In this document: piece after piece, positions 1 to 11,373 of the stretch | How positions within the stretch are numbered: position 1 is the stretch's first letter | How the letters are laid out: each line of letters begins with the position of its first letter | Assembly: GCF_001194135.2 (NCBI RefSeq) | Contig: NC_069009.1 | Location: forward strand, 1,425,295-1,466,729 | DNA from: Octopus bimaculoides | Lineage: Eukaryota | DNA: 41,435 nt | Direction: 5' to 3' | The notes under the pieces: model-generated | Told to the model about the DNA's origin: nothing | The model's database searches: none | Seen by the model: only the letters and a program-made list of their open reading frames with translations | Program-made: the position numbers and the translations under genes

Positions 1-77
1 GAAGTACTTTTGTTAGTGTGGGTGAAGAGACAAAAAGAGTAATGTTACTGGTGTATATATATATATATATATATATA

Positions 78-560
78 TGTAACGTTTGGTTGTTAGTGTC
101 GGAGGTTACCAATTGTAACGGTTATAAGATGAACGATGAAGAGTGATCGAAGTTGTAAAGAAATATTTATTTACCGTTACGTTAATAAATGCCATACCAA
201 GACGGGTAGGTTAGTGTAATAGTATAACACAGTTCGTAAAGCATGCAAGGTAAAGAAAGTTAATTTCGGCCTGTATATGTGTGTACACGATCTTGTAGTA
301 GTAAACAGATAAAGATAGGGTAAGGTTACCGAGAAAAGGGAATGAGCTAGTCAAAGCTGTATAATGTGGGACGTTGTGTCTCATAGTTGGTTTGTTGTAA
401 TCTTATTTTCTCTCTCTGGTCGTTTTGTGTTTTAGTGGCTGCCTGCTTGTGACCATGACTAGATGTCCGTTCACTAATTAATTGAGTCGTCATTAGTTGC
501 TTCGCTCTGTTGTCTCCAAGATCCAGTCATGGAAAATGTATGTGAAATGTTGATGTCACA
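78..560. mobile_element. Candidate solo LTR-like segment inserted in a (TA)n/(CA)n microsatellite
   Basis: Non-repetitive ~480-bp block starting TGTAAC and ending GTCACA (TGT...ACA, imperfect terminal inverted repeat), bounded by microsatellites. No internal coding sequence or clear TSD. Confidence 0.3.
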
Positions 561-907
561 CACACACACATATATATTATTAAGTTAGATAATGGAGACA
601 TATATTGGATATAAATTATTTTATTAATTATTTAATATCACCTACAATTGTTTCCTTTCGTATCCAAAATTAAAATTACAAAACATTTTTTAATTCAATA
701 ATTATAATAATAATCATGAATAATGCAAAATAATTAGAAATTTGATATCGTAAATTCAATTTATTCTTCAACTGGGATACAATTTTTTCTTTAATTGGAA
801 AATCAATTCTGAATTCATAATACAAAATAATAATAATAATAAACAAAAATACAAAATTTACCACTTTTATTAAAGGAGATAAATTCTATTGCATATGTTG
901 AAGGAAA

Positions 908-1720
908 TTATCTAAGATCTTCTGGGTAAACAACATTCTTCTGTTTCCTGGTTTGGACCATAGACAAATAAGTCTTGCAAACTACCTACCCTGGAGCAAC
1001 CAACAAAGTTGACCATGAGAAAAGCAAACCAGTAGATTTCAAAGAATGACCTTGACCTTTATGAATAGACACTGCAAAATGAAGTAGCACTGGGAATTGT
1101 TCGTTTGAACTGAAAGGGCATGTCTGTTGGTTTGGTTGTAGTTCTTGGAATGAAAACCTCTACTCCAGAGGCACATCCATTGATGATGGTAGCTTCTGTT
1201 ACATAAGGTGATAATATCTTCACAATCAACCTGTTTCATTGCATAATTTAGGATCTAAATTTCTTAGAAACATTATTGGGATTCCTATCATCAGAAAAAG
1301 TTGATGTGGTGGAATTCCAGGTGGCTCCAGAGAATTAATGAACTCTGTTGGGTAATGGACAGCTTGATTTTCAAGGACTGACTCAACTGATTTGTACTTC
1401 ATAATGACTGTTGGATTCTTATTCATTAATTCATGGTTAATTCTTGCTACTGTCTCATTTTTGGGAATATGAATTGCCCTTTCACACAACTATTTATGCG
1501 AATTATAATTATTACTTAAGTCTGGCAATGCCCTGTACTTCAATTCAGCTGGAGATTTCACCATGATAGCAATATGAGCCAAACTGATATCACCACTCCC
1601 ATCAAATGGTACTTTCCCCATTTCGCAATTGGAGGAGCCAGGTTGAAAACTGTTTTGCACATTGGTCCCTATGTAACGAAGCTCACATGAAGAATTTCAT
1701 TACTTAATTCCACAACTGAG
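908..1720 (-). pseudogene. Helitron Rep/helicase C-terminal (PIF1-like helicase) remnant
   Basis: Minus-strand translation gives RAIHIPKNETVARIN...YPTEFINSLEPPGIPPHQLFLMIGIPIMFLRNLDPKLCN, then with stops and frameshifts QFPVLLHFAVSIHKGQGHSL...FSHGQL...KNVVYPEDLR*. These are typical Helitron helicase motifs. Confidence 0.85.
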
Positions 1721-2234
1721 AAGATTTAATGCATGATTTTATTTTATCAGATCTTGTTTGTCACAGAATGACTGGTAATGTCTGTCTGAAATCTGAAAAA
1801 ACTAATGTAATTCTTTCCATGAATTTATTGTTGCCTCTGATATCCTGTAAGTTCTCACCAAGAACATCCATTGTATATGTATGTGCATGTATGCATTACA
1901 TTATCTGTGTATATACATATATGGTTGTAATTGTCAGTGATTATAAAAAATATATATTAAAAAAAAAAGTAAGCAAGCAGAAATAAGGAATAAAGAATTA
2001 AAAAATGAAGCGATAAATAAATAAATTTTGCATACATGCGCTTATGTATACAGATATTTCATAAGTGTATATTCATGTGTATATGCATAAATGGATAACA
2101 TTGTTGGTATTTATAAAATAAAATATAAATAAGAAGTAAGGAAAAAAAGAATGAATAAAATAAAGGTGAAATATAATTTGTTTCTTTATGCACATGCAGA
2201 ATTTTATATATATATATATATATATCGATATATA

Positions 2235-2400
2235 CATATACATGATGGGCTTCTTTCAGATTCCATCCACTAAATCCAGTTACAACACTTTGGTCAGTTT
2301 GATGCTATAGTAGAAGACACTTGCCCAAGGTACTACACATTGGGACTGAACCTCGAATCATGTGGCTGGGAAGCAAATTTATTAACACTCAGTTACGCCT
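2235..2400 (-). mobile_element. SINE family I (my label), diverged head
   Basis: Reverse complement of the ...ACCTTGGGCAAGTGTCTTCTACTATAGC...GAAAGAAGCCC repeat seen at 7696, 12918, 26337, 34064 and 39713. Confidence 0.8.
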
Positions 2401-2617
2401 ATACCTATGCTTAGACATTCTACATATAAAATCGATGGAGAATAATTAGTGAGTAAAACAACTTTATTCTTCTTTCAGGTTATAAAAAATATTCACAAAA
2501 TGTGATGAGGTCAGAATTCAAAAACCTCAGTCTCGCAGCTGAAATGACTAAAGATTGAGATAATGTTTTTTAGACAGACAGCTCCGACAATCGATACAGA
2601 ATGGAGATTTCACACAA

Positions 2618-2692
2618 CTAGTGATATTTTACTGTATGGATATTTATATGCCTGGTTAAGTGATTTCCTTGAGGGAATGATTTACCACAGAT
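2618..2692 (-). pseudogene. Orphaned second half of a C2H2 finger (ICGKSFPQGNHLTRHINIH) from gene A
   Basis: Finger-consensus sequence resumes directly beyond the LINE insertion at 2693-3013. Confidence 0.75.
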
Positions 2693-3013
2693 AGATGAAG
2701 TATTGAAGGCTGATCTCAAAATCTTGAACCTTACAAAGGAGATGACAGACGACCGAGATATGTGGTGTATTGCTGTACTGGAGAAGACCTGCCCACCACA
2801 ACGGAATTGGGATCCTGATACCAAGGTGTTATGTAAAAAGCACTCGAGATGGGGCTGTGTCTGAATCACCCAGTACACTCTGTGCAGTGGTTGGCATTAG
2901 GAAAGTTATCCAGCCATAGAAACCAAGCCAAAACAGACTATGGAACCTGGTGCAGCCCCTAGCCTCGTCAGTTCCTGCCAAGCCATGGAAAACAGGTAAA
3001 AATGTTGATAAAG
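2693..3013 (+). mobile_element. 5'-truncated RTE-like LINE 3' end with (GAT)n-type tail
   Basis: Translates DEVLKADLKILNLTKEMTDDRDMWCIAVLEKT (RTE ORF2 C-terminus pattern). The 3' UTR (AGTGGTTGGCATTAGGAA...GGAACCTGGTGCAGCC...GATGATG) is shared with the repeats at 19540-19680 and 19965-20140. Confidence 0.65.
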
Positions 3014-3019
3014 ATGATG

Positions 3020-4018
3020 TCACGGTGACGTTTTCTCTCCTGTATGAATGAGTTTGTGTTTAGATAAAGTATCATTGAGAGGAAAAGATTTACCACAGAT
3101 ATCACAGTGATATGGTTTCTCACCTGTATGAATACGTTTGTGAGTAGTTAAGTGACCATTTTGTGTGAATGATTTACCACAGATGTTACAGAAATATGGT
3201 CTCTCACCTGTATGAATGCGTTTGTGTGTGGTTAATACATTGTTTAGAGCAAACGATTTACCACAGATATCACAGTGATATGGTTTCTTACCTGTGTGCA
3301 GACGTTTGTGAGTACTTAAGTGACCTCTTTGAGAGAATGACTTACCACAGCTATCACAGTGATATGGCTTCTCTCCTGTGTGAATACGTTTGTGTATAGT
3401 TAAACCATCACTTCCAGGGAATGATTTACCACACATATCGCAATGATAGGGTTTTTCTCCTATATGAAGACGTTTATGATGAATTAAATTATTCATCTGA
3501 GAGAATGTTTTACCACAAATATCACAGTGATACGGTTTTTCTCTAGTGTGAATGCGTTTATGAGCTGTCAAGGTACTATTTATAGCAAATGACTTACCAC
3601 AGGTATCACAGTGGTATGGCTTCTTACCTGTATGGATGCGTTTATGATTAGTTAATACGTCGTTTACTGTAAATGATTTACCACAAATATCACAGTGATA
3701 TGGTTTCATACCTGTATGAATACGTGTGTGAGTAGTTAAGTTACCTTTTTGAGAGAATGACTTACCACAGATATCACAGTGATATGGCTTCTCTCCTGTG
3801 TGAATGCGTTTGTGTATAGTTAAGTTACTAAATCCAGGGAATGTTTTACCACAGATATCACAGTGATATGGTTTCTCTCCAGTAGAAATGCATTTATGAG
3901 TAGTTAGGTTACCTCTCTGAGAGAAAGACTTTTTGCAGATATCACAATGGTATGATAATTTTTCTTGTTTTCTTATCATCTCTTCAGGCAATAAGCCATC
4001 CTTTCTAGCAGAAGTCAT
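3020..4018 (-). CDS. C2H2 ZNF gene A, 332 aa, 11 finger units (first lacks the last His); most divergent paralogue
   Basis: ATG-started ORF with 28-aa CxxC...HxxxH-TGEKP repeats. It uses HKRIH-type fingers, unlike the HKYIH/HKSIH fingers of B-G. Confidence 0.93.
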   Translation of the reverse strand: MTSARKDGLLPEEMIRKQEKLSYHCDICKKSFSQRGNLTTHKCISTGEKPYHCDICGKTFPGFSNLTIHKRIHTGEKPYHCDICGKSFSQKGNLTTHTRIHTGMKPYHCDICGKSFTVNDVLTNHKRIHTGKKPYHCDTCGKSFAINSTLTAHKRIHTREKPYHCDICGKTFSQMNNLIHHKRLHIGEKPYHCDMCGKSFPGSDGLTIHKRIHTGEKPYHCDSCGKSFSQRGHLSTHKRLHTGKKPYHCDICGKSFALNNVLTTHKRIHTGERPYFCNICGKSFTQNGHLTTHKRIHTGEKPYHCDICGKSFPLNDTLSKHKLIHTGEKTSP

Positions 4019-4514
4019 TGTTCTATACTGTTTCTGATACTACCACAATAAATATTTTATTTTTCTTGTGTTTATATATATATATATATATATATATAAT
4101 AATATTAGGGACAATATTTGGTTCTTTTCCCTAAAACTATATATATATATATATAAACACACACACACTTCTATTGACTTCGCCAGTATCTGAAGGTCAG
4201 AAATTTCCTTGTAAATGTGTTTATGTTTAATTAGAATGTGAAATACTTGTGTAAATATAGAGGAAGTGAAATATTGCTATCAATCTCAGTTTAGAACAAA
4301 TTATTTCACAGTTATTCATCATAGATATATAAACATGCTTTTGTCTATTATTCATAACATCTTCCTTTAGTCTTTAAAAGATTATTGATATTCATGATGT
4401 ATCTCAAGTAGAAATCCATTCATGCCACAGACGTCTGATGTTCTGAAATGATATAGAAATAATATACAATAGAGAAAATAGTTAAAAAGGTGAGGTTCAG
4501 TAATAGAAATTGTT

Positions 4515-4534
<20 letters not shown>

Positions 4535-4545
<11 letters not shown>

Positions 4546-4855
4546 ATAAGGGCATTAACTATATAGTAATGCCTCACGCTTAGATGGACTAAAAAAGTCA
4601 AAAACTACCAAAAAATAAGCAACATATTTACCGAAAGCGAGGTAATGCAACTTTCAAAAATTAATCTCTTAAAAACATTTAACTGTTTTTAAGAGATTAA
4701 TTAAGTGAAATGTTTTTAAGAGATTCATTTTTGAAAGTTGCATTCCCTCGCTTTCGGTAAATATGTTGCTTATTTTCTGGTAGTTTTTGACTTTTTTAGT
4801 CCCTCTAAGCGTGAGGCATTACTATATAGTTAATGCCCTTATTTAAATTATATAT
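4535..4855. mobile_element. Foldback/MITE-like element with ~140-bp near-perfect inverted arms, in a TA-rich context
   Basis: TAAGGGCATTAACTATATAGTAATGCCTCACGCTTAG... is mirrored by ...CTAAGCGTGAGGCATTACTATATAGTTAATGCCCTTA. Confidence 0.8.
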
Positions 4856-5387
4856 TTATGGGGAAAAAAACGATGAGTTTTTTTTGCTTATGGGTTTTTT
4901 CACGCTGGCTACTTGATAAATTCTTATAAAGATTTTATCCTATATTATATCATATATATATATATATATATATGAGAAAAACAAATGCAGGGAGGAAATG
5001 CCAATGGAACGAGATGTCTGGCGGTATGAAGTTCTTTAGAAGACCCGCACATAACAGTGCAATTGAGTTCTAGAAGCAGTGTGTTTCACCCATTTTTAAC
5101 AAGAAAACTTCTCACATATTCTACCAAGCTACGTCTCTATATCTCTTCGCTTCCTCACATTTCCGCTTCATTCCCCATGCTTGCCTCCCGCTCCCCAATC
5201 CTGTCCTCCTGGCACTGTGCCACTGTATCATTGTTCTCGTAATCGTAACCAATGCCCAGAACGACAGTCAGAGAACAGTAATTTCTTTAGGGTTTTTTCT
5301 ATCATTATAAGTGATAGGAGAGTATTGTAGTTAGCTTGAAGCATTGTGTATTGTTTGTAAAGAATAAAAAGTTTAGAATGGTACAAC

Positions 5388-5606
5388 AATGCACTATAAA
5401 ACAAAAAAAAAAAGGACTATATACCTGTTGTAATTTAGTTATCTATAGTCCGATGATATTTCGGAATTACAATTCCTTCTTCAGATCTTCTTAGCTGGAG
5501 TCTCTGCTAAGATCTGAAGAAGGAATTATAATTCCGAAATATCATCGGACTATAGATAACCAAATTACAACAGGTGTATAGTCCATTTTTTGTTTTATAG
5601 TGCATT
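5388..5606. repeat. Near-perfect ~105-bp-arm palindrome (hairpin/MITE-like)
   Basis: AATGCACTATAAAAC...CCTTCTTCAGATCTT / AGATCTGAAGAAGG...GTTTTATAGTGCATT with a ~10-nt loop. Confidence 0.85.
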
Positions 5607-5883
5607 ATAAGTGAATTTTTGTTTTCATATATAACGTATAAACATGTGTATATCTTTTGGGTGCAATTGTCCAAATTTACCCGAATATATACGTAGACAA
5701 CCACCGCCGATACAAAGCGAAAGTGGACAAACAGCTTGCGACATTCACCTTAGGTCACAAATTAATCATCTTTTTATGTGATTACTGTAATCAATTAAAC
5801 TGAATCACAGTATATTTCATGCAAATAGAAAAGCAAGGCATTCAGAGATTTCGACTTAACCCAAATGTATATATATATCTTAC

Positions 5884-6009
5884 CTGGTATTTTATATAAA
5901 TCAGGGTTTAATGTGAAATGTCTTTAATTTACTTTGAGAGACATCAACAAAACAATTGAATTGTAAGACATTTCAAAAAACCGACACGGTAAACAGCGAA
6001 ACGAACTAA
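5884..6009 (-). promoter_or_regulatory. Putative TSS motif and non-coding exon 1 of gene A
   Basis: Variant of the conserved TTAGTTCGTTTCGTTGACGTTCCGTGTCGG motif; ends at CAG|GTAAG (5884/5883). Confidence 0.6.
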
Positions 6010-6149
6010 GTTTGCAGGTTGTGTACATCACATTATAAATCTTTTGTGATTTACAAAATTAATGTTACCAAATTTTTCCTTTTTAATTGCTTCAAAATAA
6101 ACTTTAAAATATCATACAGATTTTTAAACCATACATTGTAAAGCTTATC

Positions 6150-7255
6150 TCGACGATCGTACGTATGAACAAATGATCGAAGGAAAGAAAGAAGGTGCGT
6201 ACGTAAGTTTGTACGTACGAAGAAATAAACGAAAGAACGAATGTACGTATGTTCCTACATACATATGTATGAATGAACGAACGTACGTATGTTCGTACGT
6301 ACATATATATGAATGAATGAACGAATGAAACGATCGAACAAACAAAAGAACTAACGAACGAGGCAACGAACCAACGTCTGTTTGTATGTACGGATTTACG
6401 TACGGAAGTACGTATGTAACAACGAACAAACAAATGAACAAAGAAACGGACGAACATGAAAGAAACGAATGAAAGAACGTAAGAACGAAAGAATTAACGA
6501 ACGATCTAACAAACGAATTAACGAACAAATGTAGGTACATACGTAAGAACGAACGAACGAACAAAGACATGAACGTACGTATGTGCGAACGAACAAATGA
6601 ACGAACGTAGGTATGTATGTACGTACGAACGACCGTACGTAAGTAGGTACATGTGTACGTACGAACGAACGAAGACACGAACAAACTAACGAATGAAGAG
6701 AGATCGAATGAACAGACGAAACAACGTACGCTAGTACGTACGATCGAGCGAACGTGCGTATGTACATCTGTACGTACGAGCGAATGAACAAAAGTACGTA
6801 CGTACGAACAAACGAACATACGTACGAACGAAAGAACAAACGTACGTATATAATACATATATATATATAATATATATATATATATTTATATATATGTATA
6901 TATATATATATATGTGTATATTATATATATTATAGATTATATATATATATATAATATATATATATCATATATATGTATATTATATATATGTATTATATAT
7001 ATATATATTACATATATATAATATATACATATATATATAATATATAGAAATATTATATATATATATATGTATATATGTGTAATATATATATATATATATG
7101 TATATATGTGTAATATATATATATATATATATAATATATAGTATAATATATATTTGTTCGTTCGTTCGTACATACGCTCGTATGTACGTACCTTTGTCCG
7201 TTCGTTCGTATGTACGTACATAAGTACGTTGATTGGTTCGTTCGTACTTTCGTAC
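6150..7255. repeat. Compound satellite: degenerate (CGAA)/(CGTA) tract, (TA)n block, then the same tract inverted (TTCG/TACG)
   Basis: Directly visible: 6150-6848, 6849-7152 and 7153-7255. Confidence 0.9.
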
Positions 7256-7397
7256 GTCGACTTTGCCTTTCATCCTTTCGGGGTCGATAAATTAAGTACC
7301 AGTTACGCACTGGGGTCGATGTAATCGACTTAATCCATTTGTGTGTCCTTGTTTGACCCCTCTATGCTTAGCCTCTTGTGGGCAATAAAGAAATAAG
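7256..7397 (+). mobile_element. SINE family II, 5'-truncated
   Basis: GTCGACTTTGCCTTTCATCCTTTCGGGGTCGATAAATTAAGTACCAG...AATAAAGAAATAAG matches the copies at 32845-33133 and 40277-40635. Confidence 0.85.
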
Positions 7398-7399
7398 AT

Positions 7400-7695
7400 A
7401 AATAAATACCTGGCCAGGTACTGGTGTAGATAGTTTGAACGAATACCCGGCTATGAAATCTTGCCGGAAGCATTCGATGTTTTCCGTGTGTGTGCACGTA
7501 TGCAGTCAACAAAATTTTCTTTGTGGTTTATTATGTAATGCTGAGAACCCAATGTTTGTAAATCTTTGTACATAACTGAGCCAGGTTTTATGTATTTTTG
7601 AATTAGTGGAAGCAATGTTGTTTTGTCACGCTTCTGACCAGTCAGAGGAACAACAGAATGACGTTTTCCAATCCACTCCATTCCAGCGAACAACC
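7400..7695 (-). pseudogene. Merlin (IS1016/ISXO2-like) DDE transposase fragment
   Basis: RDKTTLLPLIQKYIKPGSV...HYIINHKENFVD...HTENIE...YLHQYLARYL follows the Merlin/IS1595-family pattern (R...TL.P.I...I.PG...H..VNH...FV...HT..IE); frameshifted. Confidence 0.75.
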
Positions 7696-8080
7696 AGGAG
7701 TGGCTGTGTGGTAAGTAGCTTGCTTACCAACCACATGGTTCTGGGTCCAGTCCCACTGCATGGCACCTTGGGCAAGTGTCTTCTATAGCCTCGGGCCAAC
7801 CAAAGCCTTGTGAGTGGATTTGGTAGACGGAAACTGAAAGAAGCCCGTTGTATATATATATATATATGTGTGTATGTGTGTGTCTGTGTTTGTCCCCCCA
7901 CCATCGTTTGACAACCGATGCTGGTGTGTTTACGTCCCCGTAACCTAGCGGTTCGGCAAAAAGAGACCAATAGAATAAGTACTAGGCTTACAAAGAATAA
8001 GTCCTGGGGTCGATTTGCTCGACTAAAGGTGGTGCTCCAGCATGGCCGCAGTCAAATGACTGAAACAAGTAAAAGAGTAA
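7696..8080 (+). mobile_element. SINE family I, full length (tRNA-like head, CORE-like ACCTTGGGCAAGT segment, internal (TA)/(TG) tract)
   Basis: AGGAGTGGCTGTGTGGTAAG...GGTCCAGTCCC head and AAACAAGTAAAAGAGT tail; five or more copies in the window. Confidence 0.9.
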
Positions 8081-8081
8081 A

Positions 8082-8310
8082 TCCATAAATGGAATTAATT
8101 GATTAGATGTATGAGAGCAATCAAGACCATTGCAACGGAAAAAGGAAAAACGTGGGAGACGAGGTCAGGAAGCGGAATTTCTGAGGTTCCGTCCCACCTT
8201 TACCCCCTCCGTTTTCCGCAGAAAGAATGTATGTCCGACTGGTTATGAGGCCAACTAAGACGATTGCAAATAAAAAGAGAAAATATAACCGCGGGGAAAA
8301 ATTTTAGTAT
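8082..8310. repeat. CpG-containing ~230-bp block duplicated at 11675-11900 (same orientation)
   Basis: ATAAATGGAATTAATTG.TTAGATGTATGAGAGCAATCAAGACCATTGCAACGG...CCGTTTTCCGCAGAAAGAA...AATATAACCGCGGG occurs in both places. Confidence 0.85.
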
Positions 8311-8334
8311 CGAAACTTTTTTATTTCTTTTATT

Positions 8335-8645
8335 ACAGTAATAGCTGCTGCTATTAAAGTATACCTTGCATCTTTCTATAATCTTCCACTTTATGCTGTA
8401 CTCTGTGGCACCTTCTTTCAAAGCCCAGACATGCTTGCTTAGAGTTGTGGCATTACATCTCTCTGAGATGTTGAATAAGGACGTGTTTATTAAAGTAGAT
8501 TCTGGAGGGGTCGGCCATTACCCCCACATATTTCAGCACACTTGACTGTCCATTTCTTCCTGTTGCTGTTGCTGTTACTTCTGCCTCATAAACAACTGTT
8601 TCCATATTGCAGTGGCTGTTCACCAAACAAATTATGCAAGCTATG
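8335..8645 (-). pseudogene. Penelope-like element GIY-YIG endonuclease remnant
   Basis: C...CNMETVVYEAEVT...KYVG... followed after a frameshift by TTLSKHVWALKEGATEYSIKWKIIERCKVY...C, the typical PLE endonuclease pattern. Confidence 0.8.
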
Positions 8646-9099
8646 AACACATACAAGGTGCTGCGATGTTAGCGGAATGTCAACATGGAAAACAGTCTTT
8701 GTGTGTGGTAGATGTACATGTGCAATAAACACAAGAAATGTACAGAAAATAGACGCTGTCAAATGCATTTTACTTAGAAGCAGGTGATGAGAACAGGGTT
8801 CAGGAATCTGGGGCACACAGACAAAAGATTCAGTAAATGTTGGGCAATCCTTTTAGACAAATATGTCTGGTCCTCGCTAAGTTACAAAACGGGCAATAAA
8901 AATAAAAACCTTAATGATGATGATGCTGTTTCAGTAATTATATAATCTGATTTAGATTTACATTAAGGTGACGATTACACTGCAATTTGAAATAATTATT
9001 CATCTTTACCATCAACACATTGATATGAGAGAAATGGTAAAATAATATAAATTTTATCAACAGAATTATACATTTCATGGGATGCATACACAGTAAAAT

Positions 9100-9392
9100 T
9101 TGAAACCAGACATTGTGATATCACAGTGATATGTTTTCCCTCCTATAAAAAAATGTTTAAGAGTATATATAGTACATTCCTGAGAGAATAATTTGCCACA
9201 GATATCACAGTGATACAGTTTGTCTCCATTCTGAGTGGACTTATGATTAGTTAAATATTTTCTTACACTGAATGATTTACTGCAGATATCACAGTGCTAT
9301 GGTTTCTCTCTTGTGTGAATATATTTGTGTCTCTTAAAGTTACTTTTATGAGAGAATGATTTACCACAGATATCACAGCAATATAGTTCTTC
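9100..9392 (-). pseudogene. Decayed zinc-finger repeats downstream of the gene B stop (probable 3' UTR)
   Basis: The 84-bp repeat consensus continues with stops and indels. Confidence 0.85.
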
Positions 9393-11021
9393 TCATGTAT
9401 GGATGCGTTTGTGATCAGTTAAATATTTTCCTACACAGAATGATTTACCACAGATATCACAGTGATATGGTTTCTCTCCTGTGTGAATGTATTTGTGCCT
9501 ATTTAAGTCACTTTTTTGAGAGAATGATTTTCCACAGATATCACAAGAATATGGTTTCTCACCTGTATGAATATATTTGTGTCTATTTAAGTCACTTTTC
9601 TGAAGGAACGATTTTCCACAGATATCACAAGAATATGGTTTCTCTGCTGTGTGAATGTATCTATGAGAGGTTAAACTGCCTTGAGAAAAAAATGATTTAC
9701 CACAAATATCACAGGGATATAGCTTCTCTCCTGTATGAGTGCCTTCATGCTGAGATAAATTTCTTTTACGAGAGAATGCCATACCACAGATATTACATGG
9801 ATATGGTTTCTCTCCTGTATGAATGAATTTATGAGAGTTTAAAGAACTCAAATGAGAGAATGATTTACCACAAATATCACAGTCATATGGTTTCTCTCCT
9901 GTATGTGTGTATTTGTGAGAGGTAAGGTTACTCTTTTGAGAGAATGATTTACCACATATATCACAGTGATATGCTCTCTCTCCTGTATGAATGTATTTGT
10001 GAGAGGTAAGGTTACATTTTTGAGAGAATGATTTACCACAAACATCACAGTGATATGGTTTCTCATTAGTATGAGTAAGTTTATGGGCAGTTAAATTACT
10101 TTTGATTACAAAGGATTTACTACAGATATTGCAGTGATATGGTTTATCTCCTGTATGAATGGATTTGTGATAAGTAAGGCTACTCTTATAAGAGAATGAT
10201 TTACCACAAATATCACACTGATGTGGCCTCTCATTGGTATGAGTAAGTTCATGGGCAGTTAAATAACTTCTTAGTACAAAGGATTTACTACAGATATTAC
10301 AGTGATATGGTTTATCTCCTGTATGAATGTATTTGTGAGAGGTAAGGTTACCTTTTTGAGAAAATGATTTACCACATATATCACACTGATATGGCCTCTC
10401 ATTGCTATGAGTAAATTCATGAGCAGTTAAATTACTTTTGATTACAAAGGATTTATCACAAATATCACACTGATATGGTTTCTTACCCGTATGAATGGCT
10501 TTGTGATAAGTAAGACCACTCCTCTGAGAGAATGATTTACCACATATACCACACTGATATGGCCTCTCATTAATATGATTAATTTCATGGGCAGTTAAAT
10601 AACTTTTGATTACAAAGGATTTATCACAAATATTGCAGTGATATGGTTTATCTCCTGTATGAATGGATTTGTGATATGTAAGGGTATTCTTATGAGAAAA
10701 TGATTTACCACAAATATCACACTGATATGGTTTCTGTCCTGTATGAATGGATTTATGAGAAGTAAGGCCACTCTTTTGAGAGAATGATTTACCACAGATA
10801 TCACAGTGATATGCTCTCTCTCCTGTATGCGTGTATTTGTGAGAAGTAAGATTACTTTTCCGCAAGAAAGACTTTCCACAGATATCACAGTGGTATTGCT
10901 TTCCACCAGCATGAATACGTTTGTGAACAGTGAGATTTCCCTTACTAGATAAAGACTTTTTACAGATATCACATTCATATGAAAATGCTTCTTTTTCTCT
11001 TATCATCTCTTGAGGATTCAT
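9393..11021 (-). CDS. C2H2 ZNF gene B, ~542 aa from MNPQEM, 19 fingers
   Basis: Intact ORF with all Cys/His ligands present. First ATG is at 11021; the track start at 11045 is a non-ATG codon. Confidence 0.95.
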   Translation of the reverse strand: MNPQEMIREKEAFSYECDICKKSLSSKGNLTVHKRIHAGGKQYHCDICGKSFLRKSNLTSHKYTHTGERAYHCDICGKSFSQKSGLTSHKSIHTGQKPYQCDICGKSFSHKNTLTYHKSIHTGDKPYHCNICDKSFVIKSYLTAHEINHINERPYQCGICGKSFSQRSGLTYHKAIHTGKKPYQCDICDKSFVIKSNLTAHEFTHSNERPYQCDICGKSFSQKGNLTSHKYIHTGDKPYHCNICSKSFVLRSYLTAHELTHTNERPHQCDICGKSFSYKSSLTYHKSIHTGDKPYHCNICSKSFVIKSNLTAHKLTHTNEKPYHCDVCGKSFSQKCNLTSHKYIHTGERAYHCDICGKSFSQKSNLTSHKYTHTGEKPYDCDICGKSFSHLSSLNSHKFIHTGEKPYPCNICGMAFSRKRNLSQHEGTHTGEKLYPCDICGKSFFSQGSLTSHRYIHTAEKPYSCDICGKSFLQKSDLNRHKYIHTGEKPYSCDICGKSFSQKSDLNRHKYIHTGEKPYHCDICGKSFCVGKYLTDHKRIHT

Positions 11022-11245
11022 TATTGTTCTCCAGTATACAAGCAAAGAATGTATTTTTTTCTTTCTTCTTCATATATTTTTCTGTTCATTCCAAAAGTTC
11101 TACAGCTATAATCACAGCAAATCTGATCTTTGTGAATATCTGAAGGTAATATAAACACCTTTGCAGATTTTTCCAAGTATATATTCCTGGCAATGAGGGA
11201 AATAAATGTTGCTATTAATTCAGAAGAAATATTTCAGTTATTTAC

Positions 11246-11373
11246 CATAGATATGTTATCGAAACAGGGTCATATCTATTATTTATAATATCTTCTATTA
11301 GTCTTCAAATGATGATCAATATTCATGATGTATCTGATGTAAAAACTCCTTTATCACACTATCATCCCATATT
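11246..11373 (-). other. Putative 128-bp 5' exon 2 of gene B (uORF-bearing)
   Basis: Polypyrimidine...TTTCAG acceptor and ATG|GTAAAT donor. The same length and boundaries occur in C, D, F and G. Confidence 0.6.

Noticed and set aside
600-907. Helitron 3' hairpin/CTAG terminus
   Set aside because: None recognisable downstream of the helicase remnant.
4965-5280. More GC-rich segment that might be a LINE 3' end
   Set aside because: No motif could be assigned in any frame.
6104-7310. Long ORFs rich in VRSF/YIYI
   Set aside because: Translations of tetranucleotide and (TA)n satellites.
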